Counted from the stretch's first letter, positions 18,456-28,227 are shown. The stretch is DNA of 64,000 nt from Thermoplasmata archaeon (GCA_041485285.1 JBGPJF010000001.1:83813-147812), one strand, 5' to 3'. Translations and numbers: made by a program. The notes: generated by a model not told the origin, from the letters alone.

Positions 18456-19554
18456 GGGCTGCTGTTGGACGCGGCCCGGCTTTGCCGCGGACTTCGTCGG
18501 GCGTAAGCGGCCGCTTGGGGGCCTTGCGCCCGGGAGCCGCGCCGCGGACGCGGTGCCCGAGCGAACGGACGGCGCGCGTGAGGCGGCTGCGCTGGAGTCC
18601 CGCTTTCAACTCGTCGACGAAGCCGGTCCTGCCCCGCAAGGCCCGGACAACCGCGGCAGCGGCGATCACGGCAAACCACAGCAGGAGGAGGGCAGACACC
18701 AACACGCCGACCGAATACGGCCCGCGCAGGTTCCAGTTCGGGAAGAAGCCCTGGTAGATCGCGAGGTTGTTGACCTCCACGTCCATCGTGAAATTGACGA
18801 CGGCAAGCGGGCTGCCCATGCGGTCGCGCAATTCCATCCGGATCGGGATCTGGTACTTTCCGGCAGGGCTCGTGCCTCCCGGCGTGAGGCGGAATTGGAC
18901 GGTCGTGTTGTTTTGGCCTGCAAGCGTGGGGCCGTCGGGCACATCGATCTGCGCACGCAAGCGGTCGAGCATTCCTTGGTCGGGGAAGGTGAACGCGAAC
19001 AGGGCGGGGGCGTTGCCCTCGTTGCGGACATCGAAGTCAATGACGTAGGTTTTGCCCGGGTCCATGACCACCGCCGGCGACTGTCGACGCACCGACCCCG
19101 CGTAGTACCCACCGGCCTCGGCATGGACGGTGACCGTGTCGGTGTACGTGCTGACTCCCCCTACGAGGTAGTCGACCGTCACCTCGATGGAGTCCGCGCG
19201 GCCCGCGACCGAGTCCGTTGGGACCTCGACGGTAAAGTTGAACGGGAAGTGGTCGGGCCCGGTGGCGGCCCAATTGAAGCCCGCGGGGCTGATCGTCCAC
19301 CCAAACTGGGAGACGATGCTCACCCGGATGCTCGCGCGGCCAACGGGATTTGAGAGGAGGTCGACCGCGCCCGAGAAGTTCGCCTCGCCCGGCGAACTGG
19401 CCGTCGGCGTCCCGGTCGTCTGGGGGGGCGAAACCGTGAGTTGGAGCGAGACGCCGATGGCGCTGGCGGGGGCTGGAAAAATCGAAACTGCAAAGAACGC
19501 AAGCGCTGCCAGCGCCGCGGCGCGCCAGGCGCGCCGCCGAGATCGAACCAGCAT
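18433..19554 (-). CDS. Secreted, membrane-anchored Ig-like protein with C-terminal TM and basic tail
   Basis: Signal peptide MLVRSRRRAWRAAALAALAFF..PASA, beta-rich repeats (DVRNEGNA), C-terminal TM helix. Confidence 0.75.
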   Translation of the reverse strand: MLVRSRRRAWRAAALAALAFFAVSIFPAPASAIGVSLQLTVSPPQTTGTPTASSPGEANFSGAVDLLSNPVGRASIRVSIVSQFGWTISPAGFNWAATGPDHFPFNFTVEVPTDSVAGRADSIEVTVDYLVGGVSTYTDTVTVHAEAGGYYAGSVRRQSPAVVMDPGKTYVIDFDVRNEGNAPALFAFTFPDQGMLDRLRAQIDVPDGPTLAGQNNTTVQFRLTPGGTSPAGKYQIPIRMELRDRMGSPLAVVNFTMDVEVNNLAIYQGFFPNWNLRGPYSVGVLVSALLLLWFAVIAAAAVVRALRGRTGFVDELKAGLQRSRLTRAVRSLGHRVRGAAPGRKAPKRPLTPDEVRGKAGPRPTAALTRPGRR

Positions 19555-19718
19555 CGTCTGGCCCACCGCTGGACGGGCGATAAAGGCTCCCCCGAGGTGC
19601 GCGTCGCGCCGTGTCCGGCGACCTCCCCCCCTTTCCCCTTTATCTGCACACCGCCTCGCGGCGTCCGACAAGGTGCAACGACACCTTTAAGAATGGTGCA
19701 AATATGTATCCATACGAC

Positions 19719-19970
19719 ATGGCAGCAAACTCCAAGCGACGGGTCGCCCATATGACTTTCTCGATCCCGGAGACGACCAAGCGGCGCGCGCAAGCCCGGC
19801 GCGATGTAAACTGGAGCGCGGTGGTAGCACAGACGATCGAGGAGCGCCTCAAGGCGCTCGACTTGATGGACCGCGTCCTTGGAGCGTCGCAACTCACGGA
19901 GAAGGACGTCGACGAACTCGCCGATGTGCTCGACTCTGCCGTCGCAAAGCGCCACGGGCTCGCCCGATAG
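19719..19970 (+). CDS. RHH-type antitoxin (VapB-like)
   Basis: HMTFSIPETTK..VNWSAVVAQTIEERL; 83 aa; directly upstream of a PIN gene; TTTAAG box at 19686. Confidence 0.8.
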   Translation: MAANSKRRVAHMTFSIPETTKRRAQARRDVNWSAVVAQTIEERLKALDLMDRVLGASQLTEKDVDELADVLDSAVAKRHGLAR

Positions 19971-19986
19971 ACCGGGGGGATGCCCT

Positions 19987-20397
19987 GTGGCAACGTTGGT
20001 TGTCGACGCGAACCGAATCGTGAGTGCGCTGTTGCGCGACGGCGCGACGCGCGCGGCGGTGCTGAAGACGAGGGCCACCCTGTTCGCGCCGGAGTATCTG
20101 CGGGAGGAAATCGGCCGGCACCTGCCGGAGATCGCGCAGCGCACGGGGATTTCCAGGGGGGAGCTCGAGGTGGTTCTTAACCTGCTCCTTCGGCGGATCG
20201 AGTGGGTGGCCGCCGACGCCTACCGCCCGCATTTGGCGCGCGCAAAGCGCGCGATGGGGCGCGTCGACCCGAATGACGTGCCCTGCTTGGCGTGCGCTCT
20301 AGCGGTGCAGGCGGATGCTATCTGGAGCCACGACCTGGATTTTGACAAGCAACACCTCATCCCGCGGGTCCCGCACCCTGATTCCGTGATCCGGTGA
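19987..20397 (+). CDS. PIN-domain toxin (VapC-like)
   Basis: LVVDANRIVSAL, EEI, DPNDVPCLACA, IWSHDLDF; 136 aa. Confidence 0.85.
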   Translation: MATLVVDANRIVSALLRDGATRAAVLKTRATLFAPEYLREEIGRHLPEIAQRTGISRGELEVVLNLLLRRIEWVAADAYRPHLARAKRAMGRVDPNDVPCLACALAVQADAIWSHDLDFDKQHLIPRVPHPDSVIR

Positions 20398-20501
20398 CCG
20401 CCGCGGCAGCGGCGGTGGATCGAACCCCAGCGGGGATCGCGCCCCGTGTTCGGCGACCTCCCCCCCTCAACCCTTTATCTGCGCACCCTTCTGGCGCCGC
20501 C

Positions 20502-22898
20502 ATGGGCGCCGTGGCCGCTTTGGTCGAGTTGGCCCCCGAGAGCGACCTCATCGCCGCCGCCTGCGCGCTTGCAGGCCGCGAGCACAACGGGCCGGTGGCG
20601 CCCCACTTCATGCACAATGTGGAGGAGCTGGGGCGGGCGCTTGGGTACGTTGTGAGGCCTGGCGCGGAACCGACGGCCGAAGAGGGGGAGGTGCTTTGGG
20701 AGCGCGATGGAAAGGCCGCGCGCCGAATCCTCGTGCGCCCACAGGCAACGGCCTCGCTCCTGCTGCGCGCCATCCCGCGGCCCGGCGAGCCTCCCTGCGT
20801 CGTCGTGGCGGGTGGCCCCAATGGCCTCCCTCCCGAGGCGATCGCGGCGGCCCTGAAGATCATCCCGCCGTCGCGCGGCGACCTGAAGCGCGGCGATATG
20901 ACGGTCGTGCTCGTGCCGCGGGCGGCCCCCGGCCACGCGTGGGTCGGCGACCTCAAGGTCGATGTGCTCGCGCACGGCCGCCTGCGCGAGCTGCCGCAGG
21001 CCGCCGACCTCGTGGGCGCGAACCCGGCGCGCGACCTTGCGGATTTCCCCCTCTTTCCGTACACGAAGGTCCGCGACGGCCAGCGCGCCCTGCTGCGCGA
21101 CGTGCGTGCGGCGGTGACCGGCGGCAAAGTGCTCATCGCCCACGCCCCCACGGGGATCGGCAAAACCGCCGCGGTCCTCGCCGCCGCCCTCGAAGAGGCC
21201 CGCGCGCGGGGGAAGACCGTCTTCTTCCTCACCAGCCGACAAACGCAGCACCAAGTCGCACTGCGCACGCTGCGCGAGATGGCGGAAGCGGCCGGGGAAC
21301 CGGCGCGCACGGTCGACCTTGTCTCCAAGCAGTCGATGTGCCCGCGGCCGGAGCGGCCCGAGCACTCGGGCGCGTTCTACGAATGGTGCGCGAACCTCTG
21401 CGAGACCAAGCACTGCAAGTTCTTCCTGAAGAGCGCCGAGCGCGCGCGCGAGGCGATCCTCGACCGCATCCTCGACGTGGAGGACTCCGTCAAGTCGTCG
21501 GCGCGGCTCGGCGTGTGCCCCCACAAGGCCGCGCTGGACGCGGCCAAGGACGCCGAAGTCATCGTGTGCGACTACAACACGCTCTTCGACGGGCGCAACG
21601 GCGCGCTCGACCGCCTCGGGCTTGACCCGGGCGACCTCGTCGTGGTCGTCGATGAGGCCCACAACCTGGCGCCGCGCATCCGCGACGCCTCCGGCGGGCG
21701 CATTACCCACGCGCTGCTTGCCGAGGCCTACGGGGAACTCCTCAACACCGACCGCGAACTCGCCTACGGCGTGCAGGTGCTTACCAAGTCGTTCGAATCG
21801 GCCCTCGAGAAGGCCAAGGACGGCGAGCAGACGCAGATCTACGACGAGGACCTCACGGCGCCGCTCACGAAAGCCCTCTTGGGCTCGCTCACGCCGACGA
21901 CCTTCGAGCAATTCGCCAAGGACCTCGCGACCATTTCGCGGAAAATCGTCGCGGCCCACGAAGGCCGATCCGCAACGCTCGAGCTTGCCGAGTTCCTCCG
22001 CGCGTGGCAGCAGCCCGCCCGCGACACGCTTCGCCTCGCCGACAAGGCCGACATCCCGTCGGTCTCCATCACCCTCCTTGACCCGTCCGTGGTGGCCGCG
22101 CCCCTCTTCGCGCAGTTCCATGCGGCCATCCTCATGTCGGGGACGCTCTACCCGATGTCGCTCACCGCCGACCTGCTCGGAATCCCCGCCTTGCGCCGCA
22201 TCCTCGAGTCCTACCCCTCGCCTTTTCTGGTCAAGAACCGGCCCGTCCTCCTCCTGCGCGGCGTGTCTACGCGCTACAAGGACCGGGGCGCGGCGATGTT
22301 CGACAAGATCGCGTCGGGGATCGCCGCGACGTGCCGCGCCACGCATGGGAATGTCGCCGTGTTCTTCCCCTCCTACAAGCTCTGCGAGGACGTGGGCCAG
22401 CGGCTCAAGCCGCGCCTCAAGGGCGAGCTCATCGTCGAGCGCCGTGACATGACCAAAGGCGAGAAAGGCCGCCTCGTGTCGCACCTGCGCAAGGCGCAGA
22501 ACACGGGGGGCGCGCTCTTCCTCGCCGTCATGGGCGGCTCGTTCTCCGAAGGCATCGACTTCTACGGCGGGATCCTCCAAGCCGTGGTCGTCGTCGGGCT
22601 CCCGCTCGCGCCGCCGTCGATGGAGGTCGATGTCCTCGTGGATTACTTCGACCGCAAGGTCGGCGCGGGCAGCGGTGAGACCTACGCCTACCTCAACCCC
22701 GCGATCACGCGCGTCCTCCAGGCCGCCGGCCGCCTCATCCGCAGCGAGTCCGACCGCGGCGTGGTCGTCCTCATGGACGAACGCCTCGAGCAGGCGCGCT
22801 ACCAGCGGCTCCTCCCGCCCGACTTCGCGCCGCGCGCAGTTGCCGACCCCGAAGATCTCGGCCGCGCCATCACGGCGTTCTTCGATGCCGGGGCGTGA
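20502..22898 (+). CDS. xpd: XPD/Rad3 Fe-S DNA helicase with an extra ~180-aa N-terminal domain
   Basis: HAPTGIGKT, Fe-S cysteines (SMCP, WC..C..HC, VCPH), VVDEAHNL, LMSGTL, SFSEGIDF, QAAGRLIRS. Start ATG 20502 behind a TTTAT box. Confidence 0.9.
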   Translation: MGAVAALVELAPESDLIAAACALAGREHNGPVAPHFMHNVEELGRALGYVVRPGAEPTAEEGEVLWERDGKAARRILVRPQATASLLLRAIPRPGEPPCVVVAGGPNGLPPEAIAAALKIIPPSRGDLKRGDMTVVLVPRAAPGHAWVGDLKVDVLAHGRLRELPQAADLVGANPARDLADFPLFPYTKVRDGQRALLRDVRAAVTGGKVLIAHAPTGIGKTAAVLAAALEEARARGKTVFFLTSRQTQHQVALRTLREMAEAAGEPARTVDLVSKQSMCPRPERPEHSGAFYEWCANLCETKHCKFFLKSAERAREAILDRILDVEDSVKSSARLGVCPHKAALDAAKDAEVIVCDYNTLFDGRNGALDRLGLDPGDLVVVVDEAHNLAPRIRDASGGRITHALLAEAYGELLNTDRELAYGVQVLTKSFESALEKAKDGEQTQIYDEDLTAPLTKALLGSLTPTTFEQFAKDLATISRKIVAAHEGRSATLELAEFLRAWQQPARDTLRLADKADIPSVSITLLDPSVVAAPLFAQFHAAILMSGTLYPMSLTADLLGIPALRRILESYPSPFLVKNRPVLLLRGVSTRYKDRGAAMFDKIASGIAATCRATHGNVAVFFPSYKLCEDVGQRLKPRLKGELIVERRDMTKGEKGRLVSHLRKAQNTGGALFLAVMGGSFSEGIDFYGGILQAVVVVGLPLAPPSMEVDVLVDYFDRKVGAGSGETYAYLNPAITRVLQAAGRLIRSESDRGVVVLMDERLEQARYQRLLPPDFAPRAVADPEDLGRAITAFFDAGA

Positions 22899-23629
22899 GC
22901 GCCGTGGCCGACGCGTCGCGCGCGCCAACGCTTGGCACCAGCACGCGCGACCCTCCCGTCGCGCAGATGTTCGACGAGCTTGCGCCCGACTACGACCGGA
23001 TGAACGCGCTCATCACCTTCGGGCTTGCGCCCTCCTGGCGCTTCGAACTCGTGCGCCGCGCGGCGCCCTGCGGGCGCTGCCTGGATCTCGGGTGCGGCAC
23101 CGGCGACCTCACCGAGGCGCTCCTTGAGCAAGACCCCAAGGCGAGCCTCACGGGCTTCGACCTCACGCGCTCCATGTTGCGCGGCGCCGCCGCCCGCCTC
23201 GAGGGCGAAGGCGTGCTCGGCCGCGCGCAGCTCACCCAGGGGGACGCCGAGCAGCTGCCGTTCGCCGACGGCGCGTTCGACACGGTCGTCTCCGCGTTCC
23301 TCATGCGCAATGTTGGCGACCGCCGCGCCGCCTACGCCGAGGTCGCGCGCGTCCTCAAGCCCGGCGGTCGCTTCCTGCAGCTCGAACTGTCCAAGCCCCA
23401 GAACCCGCTGGTGCGCGCCGGGTACCTCCTCTACTTCCAGCACGGGATGCCGCGCCTTGCCGGGCTGTTCTCGAAGCACCGCGCTTCGTTTCGGTACTTG
23501 GCCGAGAGCATCGACCGCTGGCCCGACGCCAAGGGCGTTGCAGGCGAGATCCGCGCGGGCGGGTTCGCGCGCGTTGACCGCGCGGCGCTCCTCCTCGGCG
23601 GCGTCGCCATTTGGACCGCCACGAAGTGA
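22895..23629 (+). CDS. menG: UbiE/MenG family quinone C-methyltransferase
   Basis: MFDELAPDYDRMNALITFG, LDLGCGTGD, GDAEQLPF, RVLKPGG. GTGA-coupled to xpd. Confidence 0.85.
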   Translation: MSAVADASRAPTLGTSTRDPPVAQMFDELAPDYDRMNALITFGLAPSWRFELVRRAAPCGRCLDLGCGTGDLTEALLEQDPKASLTGFDLTRSMLRGAAARLEGEGVLGRAQLTQGDAEQLPFADGAFDTVVSAFLMRNVGDRRAAYAEVARVLKPGGRFLQLELSKPQNPLVRAGYLLYFQHGMPRLAGLFSKHRASFRYLAESIDRWPDAKGVAGEIRAGGFARVDRAALLLGGVAIWTATK

Positions 23630-23705
23630 CCTACGCCCGTAAACCACTCGAATGATTGCGCCCAAACCCTTTTCCCCAAGACCCTATTGAACAGGTTGAA
23701 TCCCC

Positions 23706-25334
23706 ATGGCACTCAAGACTCGGATGGCAATCGCGATCGGCCTGCTCTTTGCCCTCATGTTTGCCGGCCTGATGGCCCTCTTCGTCCTCCTCTCGCTCTT
23801 CGGCTTCGTCAGCGGCGCCTGGTTCTACATCCTGCCCCTGACATTCTCCGTCCTTGTCGTCCTCGCGCAGTGGTACTTCGGCCCCATCATCCTGAAGTGG
23901 GTCTACAAGATCGAGTGGGTCGACAACATCGACCAGGGCTTCCCCACCCTTGCGCCTTTCATCCGCAGGACCTGCGCCGACAACAACATCCCCGTCCCCC
24001 GCGTCGGCATCATCCGCGACGGCAACCCCAACGCCTTCGTGTTCGGGCGCACCCGCAAGAACGCCAACCTCGTGATCACCGAGGGCGTGTTCCGCTACTG
24101 CGACGCCGAAGAGCAGGTCGCCGTCGTCGGCCACGAGCTTGGCCACATCGTGCACAACGACTTCGTCGTCATGACCGTCATCTCCGTCATTCCCCTGATC
24201 TTCTACTCCCTCTACATCGGCGGGCGGATGGCGGCCCGCGCCTCGCGCGGCGGCGGGCGCAACTCGGGCCAGGCGGCGCTCATCGCCCTCATCGTCGCCG
24301 TAATCTCGTTGGTCATCTACATGCTCGCCCAGCTCATTGTCCTGCTCGTCTCGCGCTACCGCGAGTCCTGGGCCGACGAATTCTCGGCCCAAACTACCAA
24401 ACGCCCGTCGCTCCTGGCCTCCGCCCTCGTCAAGATCGCCTACGGCCTCACCCTTGAAAACCGCGGGCAGGGCGAACTTTCCAAGTCGTTCCGCAAGAAC
24501 TCGAACGCCCTCATGTTCTCGTCGGCGCAGGGCTCGCGCTCGCTTGTTGCCGCCACCATCGCCCCCGACGGCGGGGTCGACAAGAACCGCGTCAAGGCCG
24601 CGATGGCATGGGACATCTGGAACCCGTGGGCCAAGATCATGCAGCTCCAGTCGTCCCACCCGCTGCCCGCCACGCGCATCAAGGCGCTGGGCACCCTCTC
24701 CCGCCAAATGGGCGAGGAGCCCTACGTCGAATTCGACCTCGTCAAGCCCGAGCATTACGTCGACGACTTCCTCGCGAATCTCTTCGTCAAGCACTCGTGG
24801 TGGCTCCTCGGCGGGCTCACCCTCTTCGGCGGCATCTTCCTCTTCCACTCGGCCCTGTTCATCCCGCTCGGCCTCATCGTGGCCGCCACCTGCGGCCTGC
24901 TCTACACGGTCGCCTACCGCTACCCGATGCGCTTCAAGCCCTCCACGGTCGAAGAGTGCCTCGGCATCGTGAAGGCCAACCCCGTCAAGGGGTACCCCGT
25001 CATCCTCGAGGGCGAGATCGTCGGCCGCGGCACGCCCGGCCTCTTCTACAGCGAGGACCTGAAGCTCCAGGACAAGACCGGCCTCATGTTCCTCGACTAC
25101 AACCAGGTCCTTGGCATGATCAACTTCTTCATCGGCCTTTTCGGCACCCAGCAGCTCATCGGCCGCCAGGTGCGCGTGTTCGGCTGGTACAGGCGCTACG
25201 GCCTGCCGTACATCGACGTCTACAAGCTGCAGTTCGCGGAGCGCACGAAGACGACCTACAACATGTTCGTCCGGGCGCTCTTCGCCGGGCTCGTGCTCCT
25301 GCTCGCCGTCGCGTGGCTTGCAGTTTGGCTGTAA
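23706..25334 (+). CDS. htpX: HtpX-family (M48) membrane zinc protease with long C-terminal extension
   Basis: PNAFVFG, HELGH, SRYRESWAD, SHPLPATRI; about 200 extra C-terminal residues. Confidence 0.9.
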   Translation: MALKTRMAIAIGLLFALMFAGLMALFVLLSLFGFVSGAWFYILPLTFSVLVVLAQWYFGPIILKWVYKIEWVDNIDQGFPTLAPFIRRTCADNNIPVPRVGIIRDGNPNAFVFGRTRKNANLVITEGVFRYCDAEEQVAVVGHELGHIVHNDFVVMTVISVIPLIFYSLYIGGRMAARASRGGGRNSGQAALIALIVAVISLVIYMLAQLIVLLVSRYRESWADEFSAQTTKRPSLLASALVKIAYGLTLENRGQGELSKSFRKNSNALMFSSAQGSRSLVAATIAPDGGVDKNRVKAAMAWDIWNPWAKIMQLQSSHPLPATRIKALGTLSRQMGEEPYVEFDLVKPEHYVDDFLANLFVKHSWWLLGGLTLFGGIFLFHSALFIPLGLIVAATCGLLYTVAYRYPMRFKPSTVEECLGIVKANPVKGYPVILEGEIVGRGTPGLFYSEDLKLQDKTGLMFLDYNQVLGMINFFIGLFGTQQLIGRQVRVFGWYRRYGLPYIDVYKLQFAERTKTTYNMFVRALFAGLVLLLAVAWLAVWL

Positions 25335-25350
25335 GCGGGCATGAAGGTCT

Positions 25351-25407
25351 CGTTCCATCATAATGGAACGGAAGTGGCCATTTTCACTCCATCGTGATGG
25401 AGTGAAA
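25351..25407. repeat. Two tandem perfect palindromes sharing core TCCAT-N4-ATGGA between convergent genes
   Basis: CGTTCCAT-CATA-ATGGAACG (25351-25370) and TTTCACTCCAT-CGTG-ATGGAGTGAAA (25382-25407). Confidence 0.75.
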
Positions 25408-25411
25408 CGCC

Positions 25412-25996
25412 CTACCGCTTCTTCCAGTCCCCGACAATCTTCAGAAAATTCGCGAAGATCTCCTCACCGTGCTCGGTGTGCTCCACCTCCGGGTGGAACT
25501 GCGTCCCGTAGAGCGGGCGCTTCTTGTGCGCGATCGCCTGGTGCGTGCAGTTCTCGCTGTGCGCAAGCGAGGTGAACACCTTCGGCAAGTTGTGGATCTC
25601 GTCGTTGTGCGACTGCCACACGGTGAACTTTTTCGGGAGCCCCTTGAAGAGCTCGTTTTGCCGGTCGATCACGCATTCGGCTTTCCCGAACTCACCGCCG
25701 CGGTCGGCCGCGTCCGCCTTGCCGCCGAAGTGGACCGCCAGGTACTGGCAGCCGACGCAGATCCCGTAGATTGGCATGTCGAGCTCGTCGATGTAGCGGC
25801 CGATGTTCCCAAGCTTCTCGACCTCGGTGCCGATCGACGGGGCGCCGCCTGAAAGCACGAGCGCGTCGGCATCGACCTTCTTCGGCTCCGTCGTGTTGGG
25901 GATGATCTTCGTGGTGGCCCCCAGGTCGCGAAGCACCCGCCACTCGCGGTGCGTCCACTGGCCGCCGTTGTCGACGACATCGACTTTGAGGGGCAT
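25412..25996 (-). CDS. guaAA: GMP synthase glutamine amidotransferase subunit A
   Basis: VVDNGGQWTH, LSGG, GICVGCQ, SHNDE, QFHPEV. Stand-alone GATase. Confidence 0.92.
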   Translation of the reverse strand: MPLKVDVVDNGGQWTHREWRVLRDLGATTKIIPNTTEPKKVDADALVLSGGAPSIGTEVEKLGNIGRYIDELDMPIYGICVGCQYLAVHFGGKADAADRGGEFGKAECVIDRQNELFKGLPKKFTVWQSHNDEIHNLPKVFTSLAHSENCTHQAIAHKKRPLYGTQFHPEVEHTEHGEEIFANFLKIVGDWKKR

Positions 25997-26077
25997 GAAG
26001 TTTGGAGGGGGACGAGGGTTAATGAAAGGCACCAGGGAAATTTCCTGGCGGTCTGGCCTTGCGGGGGAACGCGGCGT

Positions 26078-26692
26078 TTAAGGACGATAGCCCTCGGGGT
26101 ACCCCTGGTGGATCGTGACTTCCGGCAGTTTCGTGCGGATCACAGCGTGCACCTCCTCGAGGACCTTGATGCACTCGGCTTCCGTGTACCCGAAGTAGGT
26201 CGCAAGGTCCCTTTCGCGAATGTGGTGAGGCTGCTTGCGGTGGTCCTCCAAGCGCACCACGTATCGGACCTGGCGGCCGAGCGTGCTGCCTCCCCCCCGC
26301 GGGAACTCGAGCGCGTACACTGCGCGGACGTCCGCCCATCGGACGAAGGGATCCCAACCCCGCTTGTAGTGAATGACGGGTACGAACCCATTCGCGTAGA
26401 GGCCCCACAATCGGTGCTCGGCAAACGCTGTCCGCCAGTAACCGTAAGGGCCTGCGATCATGGCCAAGAAGCCCCCGAAGACCAAGTACGAACCAGCCCG
26501 GGAGGGCAGGCCACTCCAAAACAGGCCCCCCAAGAAAACCAGGAGACCGATCCACGGGAGCGCCACGAGCGCCCGCTTCTCCCTCCTGCGGCGTCCATCA
26601 AAAAAACGCAAGTGCGCCTCGTCCGCAGCGAGGATCGTGGCGCCCCACGAAGGGTCGGGCGCCTTCATTTTGACGTTCTTGATGCCAGCCAT
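26078..26692 (-). CDS. Hypothetical 2-TM membrane protein
   Basis: Two hydrophobic helices followed by a soluble domain; ATG with an upstream purine tract. Confidence 0.7.
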   Translation of the reverse strand: MAGIKNVKMKAPDPSWGATILAADEAHLRFFDGRRRREKRALVALPWIGLLVFLGGLFWSGLPSRAGSYLVFGGFLAMIAGPYGYWRTAFAEHRLWGLYANGFVPVIHYKRGWDPFVRWADVRAVYALEFPRGGGSTLGRQVRYVVRLEDHRKQPHHIRERDLATYFGYTEAECIKVLEEVHAVIRTKLPEVTIHQGYPEGYRP

Positions 26693-26740
26693 CCGGACGG
26701 TCGCCCCTTCGAATCGAGGCCCGCGTCTTGTACGCGTTGG

Positions 26741-27340
26741 TCAATCCTCGGCATCTTCCGCCGCTTGCCCCTCGAGGATGCCAACACTCTTGAGCGCCCC
26801 CACGAACCCGTCGAGGATCTCCGTTTGCTCCTCCGCGGTCAGATCCACCGCCCCAATCGCGTTCGACACCACCCCGCCTTGCCCCGTGCCGCTCCACACG
26901 ATCACGGCCCGGCCTTCGGGCTTGCGCATGTCCTCGTAGCGCTTGATCCGCCCGAGCTTCAGCGTGACCGGAGGGCCCAAGCTCGAGAGACCGGGCGCAC
27001 TTTCGAAGCTCGCTGGAAGCAGGACGGCGTTTTTCCTCACGGCGAAGTGGACCTCACCCATCTGCCGGGCGGAGCTGATTCCCCACAGGAACCCGATGAG
27101 GAGCGCGACGCCGAGGACCCCGATGCCGGCCCGGAAGGTCGCTTCGAAGTCCGGCCCCACGGCCGCGACAAGGAGCACCGCAAGCGCAAGGAGCGCGAGC
27201 ACCTGCGCTTGCCCGCTCGCTCTGCGCTTCGCTTTTTGGGCCCGTTCCCTCACAAACTTCGGCGGGCTCCACACCACTTCGCCGAGCCCGTGCGGCTCAG
27301 GCGGCGGGTCGACGGCCGGCGTGTCTTCCACTTGCTTCAC
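26741..27340 (-). CDS. Hypothetical 2-TM membrane protein
   Basis: Two TM helices then a soluble domain; GTGA overlap with the upstream gene. Confidence 0.7.
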   Translation of the reverse strand: MKQVEDTPAVDPPPEPHGLGEVVWSPPKFVRERAQKAKRRASGQAQVLALLALAVLLVAAVGPDFEATFRAGIGVLGVALLIGFLWGISSARQMGEVHFAVRKNAVLLPASFESAPGLSSLGPPVTLKLGRIKRYEDMRKPEGRAVIVWSGTGQGGVVSNAIGAVDLTAEEQTEILDGFVGALKSVGILEGQAAEDAED

Positions 27341-28227
27341 GACTCGCCTTCGTATTTGTCATCCGTGTAGCAATAATAGCGGTTATACTCGGAAACCCAT
27401 TCCATCGTGCGGCCGCAGCTGCAGATCGGCGCGCCCTGCGGCTGCTGGTACTGGGTGCCAATGTCGCCCGCCGCCGGTCCTGCCGCCGCTGGCTCGGGGG
27501 CCGCCTGCGGCTCCGCTTGCGCGTAGGCGTAGTCCATTTGCTGCGTCGAAGGCTGCGCGTAGTACCCCGCGCTCGGCTGGGGCGCGTACGAGGGAGCCGG
27601 GGCCGGCGCGGGGGCAAACAGCGAGGTGTATTCAGCCTTGCGCTGGGCCTCCAGCGCCGCGGCGTCGACCAACGGACCCGAAGGGACGACCTGCGGTGGC
27701 GGCGGCGGCGCGGGGGCCGCGCCCAGCAGGCCGAACATGGTGAACGATTCGGTCGCGTGCGCGCGCCAGATGAAGAGTTCGAGGAGGCCGCCCACGGCGA
27801 GCCCCGGCAGGATCCCCGTGATGCCCGCGATGAACGACCACTTCTTCACGACATCGACCTTGTCGTCGTCGAGCGCCTTGCGGATAAAGAGGAACCCGAT
27901 TGCGCCCGTGGCAAAGCCGAGCCCGCCCACCACCATCAACAGGATGGACGTCGTGAGCTTTGCCGAAATCTTGGCCGGCGTCCAGCGGGTCTGGTCGGGG
28001 ACATTTCCGAAGTGCGAACTCAGCCACTGCCAGTCCTGGTACACGAGAATCGCGTAGATCAGCGACACCGCGCCGATGCCGATGCAAAGGCCCGCGGCGC
28101 CCAGGTTCAGCCGCTTTGACCAGTCGTACCTGCGGCGCAGGTACTCGAAGTCCGCGATGGATTGACCCCCGTTCCACAGATGCGCCTGGCTTACAGGCGA
28201 CTTTAGGAGCCATTTCAGCGTCCCCAC
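27337..28227 (-). CDS. Hypothetical 3-4 TM protein with Pro/Tyr/Gln-rich tail and C-terminal Cys motif (CSCG..YCYTD)
   Basis: TM helices, low-complexity linker, terminal zinc-ribbon-like motif. Start uncertain (GTG 28227 or ATC 28158). Confidence 0.7.
   Translation of the reverse strand: MGTLKWLLKSPVSQAHLWNGGQSIADFEYLRRRYDWSKRLNLGAAGLCIGIGAVSLIYAILVYQDWQWLSSHFGNVPDQTRWTPAKISAKLTTSILLMVVGGLGFATGAIGFLFIRKALDDDKVDVVKKWSFIAGITGILPGLAVGGLLELFIWRAHATESFTMFGLLGAAPAPPPPPQVVPSGPLVDAAALEAQRKAEYTSLFAPAPAPAPSYAPQPSAGYYAQPSTQQMDYAYAQAEPQAAPEPAAAGPAAGDIGTQYQQPQGAPICSCGRTMEWVSEYNRYYCYTDDKYEGES

Noticed and set aside
20475-22928. 817-aa minus-strand ORF, and similar long antisense ORFs (15291-17177, 23631-25361, 41888-43489, 46685-48244, 58422-60119)
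   Set aside because: These are shadow ORFs opposite well-supported genes, expected at high GC, with no motifs.
25351-25407. Chromosomal dif site at the terminus
   Set aside because: It lies only about 31 kb from the probable origin and does not resemble the dif sequences I recall. It is kept only as an unexplained palindrome pair.
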